Assembly (NCBI GenBank): GCA_964016885.1
Contig: OZ024740.1
Location: forward strand, 323,330,001-323,394,000
DNA: 64,000 bases
Direction: 5' to 3'
From: Eledone cirrhosa
Lineage: Eukaryota
The translations under genes and the position numbers were made by a program. This document shows positions 1-15,130 of the stretch, in pieces (the first letter of the stretch is position 1; the number at the start of each line of letters is the position of its first letter). Below the pieces are notes generated by a model. The model saw only the letters and a list, made by a program, of their open reading frames with translations, had not been told where the DNA came from and made no database searches.

Positions 1-287
1 TTAACATACATGTTTAATTTTCGTGTTTATTGGGTATGTTTATAAGATATGATTATTGGTTACATTTATTGGTTATTAGCAGCTGCAGTCTGCCTTGACC
101 GGGTTTATTGACATATAAAATATTACGAATTTACTATAAATTATGTAGGTTGCTTTATAAATGTAATCAAGGAACATTCAATCACTTAGAATTGTTTCGT
201 TTCATACAAATTTGAAAAAAAAGCGTTAAGAGATAAACAAAGAACTATAGATACTAACCATTCGTGAGTTTTATATCAAATAATAAT

Positions 288-479
288 AATTGTTTCTACT
301 TTTGGGACAAGGCCAGCAATTATCCCAGTGTATTACTGGTGTTTTATTTTATCGACCCCGTAAGGATGAAAGACAAAGTTAACCTTGGTGGGATCTGAAC
401 CCAGACCATAAAAGGCCGAAACTCCTTGCTTGCAAAGCATGGTATCTGAGCCTCTACCAATACTGCCAATACACCACCC
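288..479 (-). mobile_element. SINE copy (same family)
   Basis: Reverse complement of the 29146-29333 family. Confidence 0.8.
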
Positions 480-1103
480 TTCGAGTATTAATAATGTTGT
501 TATAATTCTATTGTTATTCCATATAAAACTTTCGAGTGCATTTCTCGCTATGTTAGAGCGAAACTAATTTTGTTTTTAAAATATAACCTTTATCTTGTTT
601 TTCTTTCATGTGAAAGTATGCCTTGTTTCACAATTTAATCATTTAGGTAATTACTATAAATGGGATGTGTCCTAGTATCCTTAGAGTCTAAGAAGTTAAG
701 GGTCGACATACTCGCTAGAGGAGGTGGGGTTCTCTGAAAACCTTCTGCTGTCCAGCACTCCTAAGAGCTTCTTACCACTAACCTTTTGTCTTGTGTTTCT
801 TTTATGTGAAAGCATGCCTTATTTCACAATTTAATTATTTATGTAGTTATTATAAATGAAATATTTTCTAATCAGTAGCATATTCTATTATCTATTGCGG
901 TGCTTCGCTGCATTGACAGAGTAATTAAAACTTCAGACAGGTGCTTTGCAGGATTCGGATCCTGCTCAGATCAACTTTGCTTTCATCCTTCCGAGGCAGA
1001 TAAATAAAGTCAAACAAGGAGGTCGATTCTTCTTCTTTACCTTTTTTGAACTAGTCTTCTCTAGCCCCTTCTCTCTTTTTCTGAGAGAAACCGGCTACGT
1101 TCA

Positions 1104-1236
1104 GACGGAATGGGTAATGTTTAAGATGCAGAAACCTCGTTTTTCGTCATGAGGGCGTCCCTAGGACTCGATCAAGAGTTACTGGTTCATACACAATTGC
1201 TGTGCTTGTGGGGCATACAATATTCTTATACATGGC
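1104..1236. repeat. Dispersed ~130-bp repeat (second copy ~29346-29480)
   Basis: gacggaatgggt...cgtcatgagggcgtccctaggactcgatca.gagttactggttcatacacaattgctgtgcttgtgggg is present at both sites. Confidence 0.8.
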
Positions 1237-1340
1237 TATATATATAGATGTGTGTGTGTGTGTGTATGGGTGGGTGTGTGTGTGTTCATTTTAAGCTAAA
1301 TAGTGAGTCTTGTTTCTCTGGAATTGCGCCATCAGATATG

Positions 1341-1475
<135 letters not shown>

Positions 1476-1647
1476 TTATTTATTAAAATAACAGATTAAA
1501 GTTTAAGCAAAGAATCGCTGCTTTCACCCTTAATGGGATCTAATCTGTTATTTTAATAAATATTTGCACTACGGTTAAAAACAAATAACGAAACGAATTT
1601 AAATTTCGTTTCGTTTGTAACTCACTTTTGTATGACTGACGCTTAAA

Positions 1648-2097
1648 CAATTAAGTTAAAAATGTACATCCACATATGTATACTGAAATACTAGAATGCA
1701 TATGAATACACACACGTGTACATATGTAGATGTACCGAGTTTTTCACTGGTTACTTTACTGTGAGTGTCCAGCTATTCTGTATGTAAACACTCAGACACA
1801 CCGGTTTTTAGAGTCATACTGGTTTTTGAGGAAACACCTTTCCTCTATTCTCCAGAAAGCCAGACAAGGAATATTCCTTGTCTGGCTTTCTGAAGAATAG
1901 AGGAAAGGTGTTTCCTCAAAAACCAGTATGACTCTAAAAACCGGTTTGTCTGAGTGTTTACATACAGAATAGCTGGACACTCACAGTAAAGTAACCAGTG
2001 AAAAACTCGGTACATCTACATATGTACACGTGTGTGTAATCATATGCATACTAGTATTTCAGTATACATATGTGGATGTACATTTTTAACTTAATTG
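1648..2097. repeat. Spacer-less 450-bp palindrome (225-bp arms) inserted in another repeat
   Basis: Centre caaggaat|attccttg at 1872/1873, arms nearly identical. ttgcactacggtt is duplicated at 1564-1576 and 2095-2107. Confidence 0.9.
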
Positions 2098-2754
2098 CAC
2101 TACGGTTCTTATATATCTGATATATATTTATCCTTATCGAGCCCTCTTTGGATTTTAGTCTTCAAATTTATTATTATTACTATATATATATATAATACAA
2201 CAGTGACATATGCGAGTAACTAAGTTTCGTTGTACACTCCAACTTATTCAGCCTGTTATATATATATTCTATAAAATATATTCTAATTGTTGTACTAATT
2301 ATATATATATATGTATATATATATATATGTATGTGTGTGTGTATGTGTGTGTGTGTGCATGCGTGTGTGTGCATGTGTGTGTGCATGTGTGTGTGTGTGC
2401 GTTTAGACATATACGTATATGTATTATTCTGAATATTTCTGTTTATGTTAGAAAGAACAGAAAAGTTGTTCTACAAGGATTGATTTCACAAAAACCTGAT
2501 CGCAATGTGACAAGTGTGACTTTGTGATTCCGGGAGCAGGTTTTGTGTTAGAAAAGTGAAACAATGGATATGATTATAAAGAATATCTATCAGGTTGTTA
2601 GAAAGTTAGAAAAACATTATTTTCATCAGAATACACATACATGCTTATATAAACGAGAAATACAAGACATGCATGTATTTGTAATCATGTATTTATGAGT
2701 ATATGTATATATATATCTGTCTCTGGTTTATTTTCTTACTTCATATGTTGATCT

Positions 2755-2811
<57 letters not shown>

Positions 2812-2851
2812 CATACATACTGTACGGATTGTTTACCTTTTACATATATAT

Positions 2852-2920
<69 letters not shown>

Positions 2921-2941
2921 TATATATATATGCATGAATAA

Positions 2942-3004
<63 letters not shown>

Positions 3005-3016
3005 CATATATATATT

Positions 3017-3061
<45 letters not shown>

Positions 3062-3135
3062 CGGCTAGGCATGAATTTGATACTTGGGAGTTACTCCTGC
3101 GTTCTCACATTGGTGCCCCCCGCCCCCCCCCCCCC

Positions 3136-3179
<44 letters not shown>

Positions 3180-3340
3180 CGTGTGTGTGTGTGCGTATGT
3201 AGTATTTTTACAGTTGGAGTTTACTTTTGTTTTACATAAGAGTGAATAAGAGATGTACCACCTACGAACTTAGTTTTGTTTTCTTATGGAATCTTACAAT
3301 ATATATAATTTTTACTGAGAGAGAGAGAGAGCGACAGAGA

Positions 3341-3445
<105 letters not shown>

Positions 3446-3656
3446 GATAGATAGATAGAGAGAGAGAGAATGAGAGAGAGAGAGAGAGAAAGAACAAGGA
3501 AAATACGAAGTTTGTTGTAGATGTTAAAGAGTCCTTTATTGATAAGGCTGTAATACATATTTCAATGACTGTCGTGAAAATGTGATTTCACGTGACCAGT
3601 ACCGTGATCTCATCAAACAACATCAATATGTAATAAATATAAATATATATATACAT

Positions 3657-3763
<107 letters not shown>

Positions 3764-4499
3764 CACACACACATATATATATTAATCTGCCAAAATAATA
3801 GTTAAGTAAAATCCTGTAATCCCAGTTAAAGTTTGAACCCCAACTACTCCGATAACACACGGCATTTATCTACTAATCCATCAGAACAAAAACGCATAAA
3901 TCTGTATTTTTTCTTGTCTCTGTGGCTGTATTTCTTCCAACCTCTTTAATACTGCTTCTGGGTATATGATACTAAGTAGTTTATTTTAAAGTAATTATAT
4001 TTATCTATAAATATTCCATATTAATTTTATGTAAGAACCTTTGTTTTGTCAACATCAGCTTAATAATGGGCAAGTTCCCTAAATCCCTCCGAATTCATGA
4101 TTATTTGAAAAATTATTTGAAAACCACAGGCATTGTCTTTCTTTAGAAATACGAAATGGTTAAAATGTTTGTATGTATCTAAAATCCTAGCAGCATAATT
4201 TTATATAAGAACTATATGTCATATTCCAAGCACCAGCTTAATAATGTGAATGTTTACTTGATAACTCCAAATTCTTTATTATGTGAAATCATAAGCAATG
4301 TTTTTCATTATAAATATGGTAAAGAAATGATTAATTCTTTTCATCATATGTTGATCGTGGATGCCAAATGGTAGAATGGTTCAATCGCAATGATTAGGGC
4401 CAGAATTAGAAACCACTGCGTTGCATGTAGACAAGTCTCATTTATTATAGGCTCAAGTTGACCCAAGACCTATGAGGGAAATTGAGCAAACAGAACTGT

Positions 4500-5120
4500 T
4501 TGAAAGACTGTCGGATGGATTGCACATGTAATTCCAAACTTCAGTCTTGTCACACACTGTGTCATACTGAATTTTCCTTGAGACATACATTGAGTGTACA
4601 CAAGCTCAAATATTTACTCTACAAATACAAGATGAGCTTTACTTGTAATTCAAAGTATCAATCTTGTTACACATACTATATCATGCTAAACCTCTCTGAT
4701 GAGTAAATTCTGTGTGCACGTCTTTACAGGATACAATCTTAAAACGTGTACGGTGTCATGCTGAACCTCTCTGAGAAGTAAGTTCAGTGTACACATCTTT
4801 ACAGGATACTCAGTACCTGTGGTTCAAATAGCCAGTCTTAACACTCAAACTGTGCTATGCTGAACCTCTTTAAGAAGTTCAGTATACACATCTTTACAGA
4901 ATGCTCAGTACCTGTGGTTCAAATAACCAGTCTTAAAACTTGTACTGTGTCATACAGAACCTCTATGGGAAGTAAGTTCAGTGTACACATCTTTACAGGA
5001 TACTCAGTCATTTACACTATAATACAAGCTGAAGTGTACCTGTGATTCAAAGAGCCAGATTTAATACTCTTACTGTGTCATGATGAATCTCTTTGAGAAT
5101 TGTGTTAAGTGTACACTTGT
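4500..5120. repeat. Degenerate ~90-110-bp tandem repeat
   Basis: Recurring tgtcatgctgaacctct..gagaagtaagttcagtgtacacatctttacaggatactcagt. Confidence 0.75.
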
Positions 5121-6058
5121 CAGTAGATTTTCACTCACATACACATTTATCTCATGAGCAAACTGTTGATTAGATGTAATCTTCTTGAAAGCAGATCAGA
5201 TATTGAATACTCATTTCTTTTCGCTATAATACAAAGTAGAATGTACCAACAATTAAAATACCTAGTTTGTTACACATTGAGTTAGGATGAATATCCCTGA
5301 GGTTTACGTTAAGGGTACATGTGACTGTTAAATACTCATCCACGTTAACCACATTACAAGGTGGAATTTATAAACAATTAAAATACCTAGCTTTGTTACA
5401 CATGGAGACGCTGAATCTCCGTACGGGTTACGTTAACGGTACACATATCTCTGAAATGATAACCCACTTATACATTTATTTCATAAGCAGAACATGCCCT
5501 TGAGCAAATAACGATAACTCTTCTTCGAAACCGATGGAGATCCATTTCATGTTAATCTCGTTAAGTACAAGCAGTACCATAAATCCTTTTGTTTCTACTA
5601 TAAAACTAAAACGCAAACGTACCAATTACGTTCTAATGCAAAAGAAGAAGAAATACTATTTTCCTCGTGAGGTTTCAATCTTATTTATGTTCCGCTACTT
5701 TCAGCTGTAAGTGTGTGTATTTGAGGCGTTCTTTTGTGTTAGAAAAACAAGAAACAAACAATATGTCGTTAAAACATGTTAAATATGAAGAAAGAAATCA
5801 ACTGAATGACAATCAGTCACGTAATATCATACAGGTGGTAACCTATTTGCTCAGATAAGCAAATATTTTTCTTATCAAAAAGATAGTATTTTTGCAGTTG
5901 CAGTTTACATTTGTTTTACTCAAGGGTGTATGAGAGATGTATCACCTACGAATTTAGTTTTGATTCCCAATGGAATCTTACAATCTTTTTTAGGTTTGTT
6001 ACATTGTTTCAGATTTATCGTAAACTAACATTGTATTATTTGTTGAATATGTATATGC

Positions 6059-6089
<31 letters not shown>

Positions 6090-6135
6090 TGTATGTATGT
6101 ATGTATGTATGTATGTATGTATGTATGTATGTATG

Positions 6136-6295
<160 letters not shown>

Positions 6296-6335
6296 CATAC
6301 GCACATACATCCCTACATACATTCATTCATACATA

Positions 6336-6957
6336 CATGGTGGCTGCCAACTCGTTTTCGAGTACGGCCACTACTTTATATCCATGTAGGAGAACCCCTA
6401 CCGATACGCTGAACGAGTGTGACTTTTTATTCCAGCCAGCGACTTGAAAACTCTGGTACAAACACTACACTTGTGACAATTATTGACACATAGTGCTGAG
6501 CCCTTGGTACCATGTGACGACAAGTGCAGAGAGATCTCCAGATATAAAGCAATGCCTGTGCCGTGAAGCTTTTATAGTGAGCAAAGGCACTGCACAAAGC
6601 CAGTCCCACTCTCTTAACCAAGATGATATTTACCAAAAAGAAGAACAAGTCAACATCAATGGATACCATCAGGGTTGCAGGTGTTATATCAGAGTTTTAC
6701 TTCTCCTAGAATTCTGCCTTGACAAAGGCTAAGGGGTCATCTCTCCCGGTGATTTTGGATGGCCATTGACTCTTAAGAGCTCCTTTGCCCTATGACCTAT
6801 GACAGGTTTTGTTTTTAGTCCTGCAGGATGTCCAAAGTCACCCTCCTCACCAAGAAACCTGGTGGGGTTGCCAGTTTAGTCGCCAACGACCCGAACATGA
6901 GACAGGTTGTACTGGGATACATGTTACCAGTAGCACCAACTGGTGACCTGACATAGG
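6336..6957 (-). mobile_element. ~620-bp non-autonomous RTE-related element, family A (copies 15750-16378 and 62936-63499)
   Basis: Three highly similar copies. Minus strand has the RTE-5'UTR-like ctaggagaaggaaaactctg and ends ctcgaaaacgagttggcagccacc(atgt)n. Confidence 0.75.
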
Positions 6958-7002
6958 TACATACATACATACATACGTACATACATACATATATATATAT
7001 AT

Positions 7003-7098
<96 letters not shown>

Positions 7099-7099
7099 T

Positions 7100-7160
<61 letters not shown>

Positions 7161-7187
7161 TATATATATATATATATATATAATAGT

Positions 7188-7410
7188 AATAATAAATGTG
7201 AAGACTAAAATCCGAAGAGGGCTCGATAATGATAAATATATATCAAATATATAAAAACCATAGAGCAAATATTTATTAAGATAACAGATTAAAGTGTAAG
7301 CAAAGAATCGGTGCTTCCACCCTTAACGGGATATTCTGAGTTTCAGAAGATCCTCTTAAGGGTGAAAGCAGCTGTTCTTTGCTTAAACTTTAATCTGTTA
7401 CTTTAATATA
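7188..7410. repeat. Dispersed fold-back repeat family (other copies ~1478-1576+2098-2180 and ~33085-33272)
   Basis: Shared ataacagattaaagtttaagcaaagaatcg / cgattctttgcttaaactttaatctgtta arms and a gccctcttcggattttagtcttcac tail. Confidence 0.75.
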
Positions 7411-7423
7411 TATAAATATATAT

Positions 7424-7486
<63 letters not shown>

Positions 7487-7608
7487 GAGAAGAAAGAAGA
7501 ATACTGCGTGGTTTGCACATGGGTTACATATGATAAAAATAGTCCTTCGTCAGTGATTTTCCAACCATCATTGGTATTTCATCGCATTATATATATATAT
7601 ATATATAT

Positions 7609-7828
7609 ATAGGAAAAGAGTCAGGACCCCGACGGCTGAGCTCCGGCGTTTCGACTGCTAGATACGAACTAAGTCAACAGTATTGTTTGTTCGGATCTAG
7701 CTGTCGAAACGGCCGGAGCTCAGCCGTCGGGGTCCTGACGCTTTTCCTATTACACACTCGACTACCCTAAGTATCAAGTCCTCTGGTGCTTTATGGTCCA
7801 CCTGGTTTCTTTCCACACTTTCTTTCTT

Positions 7829-7830
<2 letters not shown>
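7609..7830. repeat. Dispersed fold-back repeat family (other copies ~8612-8763 and ~31575-31706)
   Basis: Arms gtcaggaccccgacggctgagctc / gagctcagccgtcggggtcctgac, with the motif tcgaaacggccg. Tail actaccctaagtat...ttatggtccacctggtt is shared by all copies. Confidence 0.75.
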
Positions 7831-7896
<66 letters not shown>

Positions 7897-8198
7897 ATGT
7901 ATATATATACCATAATCACGGTAAGAATGTACGCATTTCTTCTAACTTTAAATTTATACCTAATTGATTATGGTTGACGGTATATTTAGTCAATTTCTAC
8001 ATGCTGTCGAAATGTTGGGTATATATTCTATTGCGGTCAGCCGCTAAGAGGCCGCTTTCGTTTATTTATTAAATGTTTCTTCATAGGAGCCTTTATTCTT
8101 ATAGCCTGGTCTAATTGATTTTTTATGTGGTTAATTATGCTAGTTGGGAGAGGAAATAGTGTATATATTTTATCAAATGATTCTATGGACATAATTTA

Positions 8199-8240
<42 letters not shown>

Positions 8241-8526
8241 GAGGAGTCATTAGAACGTCAGATGCTTTGCAGTATTAATTCCTGCGTGTTAGTTCCGGCT
8301 CTCTGTGCTCTGAGATCAACTTTGGTTTTCCTCCTTTCGGTATTTTTGAAAAAGTACCAGCTGAGTTCGGGGGTTTACTCATTTATACCTCTTTCCCATT
8401 TCATCTCTAACCTACTTTGGAAGAAATCGGCTATGTTCCGAAATGAAGAGAAGGTGGCTACCGCTACGTTTTAAGTGCAAAAGAAACGACTTACAAGGTG
8501 CTGTTATGAGACCACCGGGAGTTATG

Positions 8527-8617
<91 letters not shown>

Positions 8618-8832
8618 AACAAAGAAGGTGTGATAAGATACTAGGTGGGCCATAACGCACCAGAGTACTCAATACTTAGCGTAGTAGAGTGAGTAATATG
8701 AAAAGTTCGGATCTAGCTGTCGAAACGGCCGGAGCTCAGCCGTCGGGGTCCTGACTCTTTTCATATATATATATATATATTTATATATTAATTCTAAATA
8801 TTAACAAAAATAGACATTCGTGTGATCAAGTA

Positions 8833-8899
8833 TATTTTATTATACATATTTCAGAGGTACTGAGCTATCTTCAACAGTACGTCCTCATCAGATAAAATA
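8833..8899 (-). ncRNA. Type I hammerhead ribozyme in Penelope 3' pLTR
   Basis: Minus strand: tattttat-CTGATGA-ggacgtactg..cagtacctct-GAAA-tatgta-TA-ataaaata. Perfect 8-bp stem I, gtactg/cagtac stem II, self-complementary stem III. Same strand as the RT. Confidence 0.82.
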
Positions 8900-11029
8900 A
8901 GATGATTTATGACATACCCTGACTTAGTGGATGGTTAAGATTCAGTCATGGTAATGAATAAGATATGACAAAACTCAATATTTATATACCTTAAGATTGA
9001 GACATGAAAAAATTTACATATAATACAGAGGGTGCGTGTGCGAAAGCTTAAAAATACATAATAGTAATTTAAATAACTGTTAGAGATTCAAATAATTTAA
9101 ATTATTGAAGAAAGAAGAAAGAAAGAAGACAGAGAGAAACAGATGAGGAAAAAAATAGTTACTAGAAGTATAGAAAACAAAAGAGAATTGAACAAGGATA
9201 GAGAGACAAGGAGGAAAATGTTTTATATTATAAAGCATAAGGAGGGAGATTTGTATTGTCGTGGATGAATAGGGTGTGATTAGATGATGCAAAAATATAT
9301 ATATCTATATAAATACATGAATATACATTTGGGCATAACTTTGTGAAAGAGTAAACTCAAATCTTTGAATTATCTAGAAGTATCCATCAATCTAAATATT
9401 AAATATATCTGAGGGTAATAATATGAGGGTTTAATTTCGAGTCCTTAGTTAATTAGAAATATACTAACAATTAATTATATACATTATATATATCCAAACG
9501 TATCCGGCTGACCGTTAAATTTCGAATCATTTATGTTAGTTCAGAATAATGAATTAATCTAAAGGTATAATATTTCAGGCTATAAAATTTATAAATATCT
9601 TTATTAATATTAAGGTATACAATCATATTTAATTTATAAAATCATATTTAAAGTATTTGCAAACATGAGAAAGAAGTAACTTAATATTTTCTTCCTCACG
9701 AAGGTAATCCATATCAAATTATATTACTTTATATTATATATAAAAAATTAAAAAAATGTTATATTAAAATAATAATTCTCATTATATAATTTAGAAATTA
9801 ATTACAGTTATAACTTTAAAAGTTTAAAATTAACAATTAGAATGCCCTAAAGTATCTAAAGGCTTTATAATTAGACTTAAAAAAGGGTATTATTAAATTA
9901 GATATACGCATTTGTCTAAATATATTCAAAGAGTATATTGTCTAAAGTTCAAGACGATATTAGTCAGTTATACATAACATAATATAATATAATATAATAA
10001 ATAAGTTACTGTTAATATTGTTAAAATTAAGGTTTTAGATCAATTATTATATTAGAATCATGTAATACATATATACTATAAATATACAAATCAAACTTCA
10101 TGAATCATAAGGATAAGAACCAGATTAAAAAGAAAAAAGAAAAAAAAAGTAAATTGTTTGCGATCATAAAAGTGCCAAATATCTAAGCTATATAATTTAA
10201 AAATACAAGAAAATGTTTAAGGATCTATATTGTAGTATAATTTCATATTTATAGTGTCCGCAAACGTGAGAAAGAGAAAACTTAAGATTTTCATCGACCT
10301 GAAGGTAACTCGAATTTAATTAAATAAAAAAATAATAATCGTTATATAATTTAGAAGATATTTAACAACTATAACACTAGAATGTCCTTAAGTATCTAAA
10401 GTACTTATAAATGTAGCTAGAAGCATATTATTAAACTAGATAAATACATTTGTCCAAATATATACAGAGTATTCTGTTCGGAACTCAAGACGATATTAGT
10501 GATCCAAATACATATAATAAATAATAAATATAATCATTGTTAGTAAGGATTATAATTGAAGTTTTACATCAAGTTAAGTGGAAAAAGTTTGTCGACTAGG
10601 ATCGTGTGCGATGCATATACCATAAATATATATAAATAAATATAAATATATAAGTTAAACATCCTGAAACTTAAAACTAAGATACTCCAAAAGAATAAAT
10701 ACATAAATGCATGAATGGTTTACGGTTCATTATAACTGTTAACCATATAAGCTATATATTTAAAAAAATACAAGAATCCCAATCAAAATAAATGTATCTA
10801 CACAATCAAATGATTTGCATATTTATCAAGAGATTATGTTAACAATCTATATGTTTATATATTTATATAGAACCCTTAATCTAACTTTAATCATATCATA
10901 AATGAATTTAAAAAAAAAATTATTATAAGGTTTTATAATCTGTTATAACATTTTACGCACTTAGTTGATAAGAGACGTCAACAATTAGAACCTATTTATT
11001 AAGTGTTTTTTCCTGACTTTTTGCGAGGC

Positions 11030-12841
11030 TAGGAATGTAGAGGAAGCTTTATGAAGGCAATTTGAGAATAATTCACTTTTTTTTGTTAATTAAATTTTCA
11101 TAATTATTAATTATTAATAGGGTCTCCATAGTACAGAGATTGCAGTTAGATGATATTGAAGAATTCAAGTAGATTCGACTATTACACATCTTCGACCAAG
11201 AAATCGAGTATTTTAAATTTTTGTCTTTTAACGACCATATAAGTTGTGATAAAGAAGTCGAAGATTTCCTATTAGGATTCGAAAAAGAGTTATTGTGATT
11301 CGAAAATCTTGATTTAAATGTCGATGAAGTTGCACCAATTTAGTTGTATGTGATGTTATTTGCTTTTACGGTGCATTTATAGACCAGATTGCTATCCAGA
11401 CAATTATTTTGCAGAGGGCAATTTGATCTATTTCTACAATTACATTTCGATTTATTGTTATTACTATAAATTGGACAATTGACATTAACATTGTTAGTAC
11501 TTTGAAGTGTTCTATTGATTGTGTTTAGATTAATGTTATTGTTATTCCTAGTATTAATATTGCTAGTATTATTATATTCATTATCGTTAATTGTTTGTTG
11601 ATTACTATTTATTTTTGCGATGTTCTGGGCTATATTCATAGTTGTAGAATAAGATAGGTTAATTGTGTGTCTGTTAAATATATAACGGTATTTGTGTAGA
11701 ATGGGGAAGCATTTATCTAAAGCTTTAAAGAATAGATTTGCGAGTGGTGTTTCTATTGCTACAGAAGCTGGGGGGGGGGGGGGACCATATAACTGATTTA
11801 GTTCTGATTTGTTCCCCGATCTATTCACGGTATTGGTGTTTGTATTATAATTTTTAGAATCTTGTTTATATATGTTAGTCTTATTTTTATCAGGATTATA
11901 ATTCAAATTATTATTATCTATATATTCAATATTATTTTTATAACCTGCCTTTCGTAGCACGTCATTATAATATCCTGCTTTTTCATCAAATATGGATTTA
12001 TTAGCGGATATTCTAGTTATGCGTTTCTGTACACTATTGACTATTGCATTTTTCACGGATTTAGGGTGATTAGAGTAATAGCTAACGTAATTCAAGTTTT
12101 CATTGGGCTTATGGAACGGGTAATAAAAACCTGAGTTTAAGTTAAAGGGTAACGGCAAGGAAATTAACTATTTTGTACTACTTTCAACTTCTAATTTAAG
12201 GTCGTAATTTTTAAAGAATTCAATTATAGTTTTCTCAATTATAGTTCTGAATTGCTATGTTTGACAACCGTAAATAAAATATCGTCCCTATATAAACCAC
12301 CGGTAATCTCCGGCAGTTTTCTATTTACCATATTGAAGATAAAAATCCCCAGAAGATCGGTGACCTGCACTGAGTCCGATGATCCCATGGTAATGTCAAA
12401 GTTTCTATTTCTATCTGAACGGGTCCAATATTCATTGTTGAAATTAATTAGAGTTCTTCTAGCAGTTAATATGATATTGATTTCATCCGTAGTTAGATCT
12501 GTATGTCTGTAAGCATAAGACAAAGCCTTATTTAATAGGTTAGGTGTAATAGAAGAATAATAGCTTGCTATGTCCATTTGGATGAATTTGTGATTTTTCT
12601 TATTATCTATATTTTTAAACCAGTCAATCACTTCATTAGTGTCCTTCCATAAGCTCAATTTAGACTTCAATTTCAGAGTAGGTAGAATTCTATCAATAAT
12701 ATTCTTACTGATTACTCCAATATCAGATTTAGATGGAGCTATCAGTTTAACTGGCAGGTCTCCTCAAAGTTTCCCTTGTGATCCTTAAAATTTATCCTCG
12801 GCTGTCTAGGTATAAAAGGCCCGGTTCTTCCTTCAATTCCA
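11030..12841 (-). pseudogene. Disrupted Penelope-like RT/GIY-YIG polyprotein
   Basis: ORF pieces 12239..12670 and 11340..12158, with frameshifts between them. TAA at 11340-11342 replaces the Tyr of the YIG motif, and the frame continues IGATSSTFKSRFSNHNNSF...CNLCTME. Confidence 0.85.
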
Positions 12842-12861
12842 AATATATATATATGTATATA

Positions 12862-12948
<87 letters not shown>

Positions 12949-13793
12949 CGGAGGCCATATTCAGTTGTTTTATGTTTATCTAAGACTCCGTTATACATAT
13001 TTCACTGAGGACTATCAGTTATGATATGCGATAGTATGTTAACAATTGCTGGTCACTAGTTCTGAACATATCATATCATTATATATAAGGATATGATACC
13101 ATTATATATTTTCGAGATATTTGATATATAAGCCAAATGAATTATCTCTGTTTTTATATCCTATTTTGTCCACAGTGAAATCTCCAGTATTATTCCTTAT
13201 ACCATTCCTTTCCCAAGCACCAACAAAAACGGGATCAATATATTATATATATATATATTTTTTTTTTTTTTTGTCATTTTCATATGTTGAATCACTTCTA
13301 CAGTTTTTTTTTTTTCTTTAACATACAACATTCATCAGTCTGAAAAATATTATTTATTATTCGTTAGATGATAATCCATTGATATTCCATTAATATTCCA
13401 TTACTATTGCTCAGACGTCAGCAACTTTAGATAAATGACCTCTAAGCCGGAATAGATTGAAGTGTGTAGCGTAGATGGTGTTAGTAAGATCAAGTGAAGA
13501 TATGTGTTTATTGGAAGATGTGGAGAAAATACTTACAGAGGAAAAGGGATTGGCAAAAATTGAAGGAGGTTTTTCACATGATGGATGTGAAAGAATAGTA
13601 TATTTCAATTAACGGTTGAGCGAGAAAGAGCGAGAGAAAGCGTGAAGGAGAGAGAGCAAGAGAGAGAGAGGGAGAGATGGAGAGAAAGAACAAAGAGAGA
13701 GAGAGACTTTGTGTGTAGGTACGTGGCGTTAGAGAGAAGAAGTAAAAATGATGTTTTTTTTTGGAAGATGTAGAGAAATATATATAGAAAGGT

Positions 13794-13828
<35 letters not shown>

Positions 13829-13952
13829 TATATATACTTTATATATATATATATGTATATATATTATATATACTTTATATTTTGAATTGAGAGATTTGAA
13901 GAACGAAGTGTATATGTTAGCAGTGAGAGAAAAAATATTATTAGCCATTATT

Positions 13953-14018
<66 letters not shown>

Positions 14019-14539
14019 GAGAGACAGACAGACAGAAAGACGGGGATTGAAATGTGTAGGTATGTGACGTTCGTGAGACCAAGTGAAATCTGCGTGTTTA
14101 TTGGATGGTGTAGGGGAAATACCTATGGAGGAGATTTAGGGATCGAGACATTTGAAGGAGGAGTTGCATATGGTAGCTGTAAGTGAGAGAATAATATTTT
14201 CAATTAATGACTGAAAGAGATTTAAGTGTGGGGGTGGGGAAAGAAAAACAGAAAAGGTGAAAAGATGACAAGAAATCGATAAGTGGAGAAAACACACAGA
14301 AAAATATAACAAATTGGAAGCTGATAAATAAATTACTGGAATGAAAAACAAGGGGAGAAAAGGAAGGTTAGGGGGGGGGGGCAGAAAGGAAGAGGAGAAA
14401 AGGAAGGTTAGGGGGGGGGCAGAAAGGAAGAGGAGAAAAGGGAAGATGGGGAAAGGGAGTATTTCTCATAAAAAACAAACTGCTTGAAAACTTGCAAAGC
14501 AGAAGAAATCTAAGAGATTTTGACCCTCAACAAAAATTG

Positions 14540-15130
<591 letters not shown>

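Larger units (their letters stand above)
8780..12841 (-). mobile_element. 5'-truncated Penelope-like retroelement (RT + C-terminal GIY-YIG endonuclease, long AT-rich 3' region, pLTR with hammerhead)
   Basis: RT motifs [53 protein letters not shown]. Thumb YPFHKPN...SNHP. Cys cluster CNCRNRSNCPLQNNCL, then VYK..N*IG..FKSRFSNH and CNLCTME. Flanked by (TA)n. Confidence 0.88.

Noticed and set aside
4695-4712. ctgatgag motif
   Set aside because: A variant of the local tandem repeat unit, with no downstream GAAA/stem arrangement.
6493-6732. 79-aa ORF repeated three times (6493, 15925, 63093)
   Set aside because: Conservation reflects recent copies of a non-autonomous repeat; non-ATG start and no domain.
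6865-6957. HDV-like ribozyme at the 5' end of family A (minus: ccagt...ggg-tcg-ttgg-cga-ctaa-actgg)
   Set aside because: P2, P4 and J4/2-like pieces are visible and RTE 5' ends can carry such ribozymes, but I could not assign convincing P1, P3 and P1.1. A descriptor search is needed.
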